Positions 63,566 to 64,000 of a stretch of 64,000 nt of DNA are shown here, piece by piece. The stretch comes from Eledone cirrhosa. Taxonomy: Eukaryota. Position 1 is the first letter of the stretch. Every line of letters begins with the position of its first letter. The notes below the pieces were generated by a model that had not been told where the DNA came from, did no database searches, and saw only the letters and a program-made list of their open reading frames with translations. Made by a program: the position numbers and the translations under genes. The DNA lies in contig OZ024758.1 of the NCBI GenBank assembly GCA_964016885.1, positions 33,170,001 to 33,234,000 of the forward strand, given 5' to 3'.

Positions 63566-64000
63566 CATCATCATCTGGCAGCCTCAGCCAAAATTAACTC
63601 AACAATTGACCTCCACGTGGGTCTGTCGTTCATTGCCATTGCCAAGTCCTGGATTTCAATACCAGAATCTCTGGAGAGCTTGTGTCTCCTGTTATTAGGG
63701 ACTACTTGTGGTTTCCAAAGCACTAATGGGAACACAGCCGCATAGGTGGCACGATGGCCAGCAAATCTTACTCTACTTTTACGTACGACAAATATGCATG
63801 GGAGGCCGGCATATATCTTTCTCAAAGTCAGATCTCGCCAGCTTATGTTCTGAATGTGTTAAAGCAGGCGAGTATAGGTGACAGTGGTAGTGGTAGTGGC
63901 GGTAGTAGTAGTAGTAGTAGTGTAGGTGCTACCAAGATGCGTTTGTTGTTTGGATGAAAGCATCCATGTTTCACTTCCATGTAGCAAGATTGGTTGAATT
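63566..64000 (-). mobile_element. 3' end of a different RTE-type LINE, runs off the window end
   Basis: IQPILLHGSETWML..TYTRLL..QNISW..RVRFAGH..LVLWKP..AMNDRPTWR, then a tgatgatg tail. Confidence 0.85.

Noticed and set aside
63870-63930. Ser/Gly-rich ORF 63754-63957
   Set aside because: A (gta/gtg)n microsatellite flanked by a 10-bp duplication inside an antisense LINE fragment.

Overview
Repeat-dominated, AT-rich animal (eukaryotic) genomic DNA with no intact cellular gene that I can support. The SINE/LINE repertoire looks cephalopod (octopus-like); this is an inference from repeat families only. About 55% of the window is tandem repeat: 46/48-bp, 22-bp, ~21/42-bp, 35-bp, 30-bp (16.6 kb, with higher-order structure), 38/43-bp and 39-bp arrays plus microsatellites. 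Nearly all long ORFs in the track are artefacts of these arrays. The rest is mobile DNA: a 5'-truncated RTE-clade LINE inserted inside the 35-bp satellite, several other RTE and CR1-like fragments, a nearly full-length DD37D (maT-type) Tc1/mariner transposon, piggyBac-type and foldback MITEs, about 20 tRNA-derived SINE copies, and a Penelope-like element (RT thumb + GIY-YIG) with long inverted pseudo-LTRs. The most notable signal is five hammerhead-ribozyme motifs. Two lie in the inverted pLTRs of the Penelope-like element (19631-19695 -, 22605-22669 +). Two form a compact, ORF-less ~360-bp palindrome with a ribozyme on each strand, inserted in (TA)n (62113-62472). One is an unrelated minimal hammerhead at 8467-8509 (-). 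A single possible host exon (minus strand, ~51792-51937) is flagged at low confidence.
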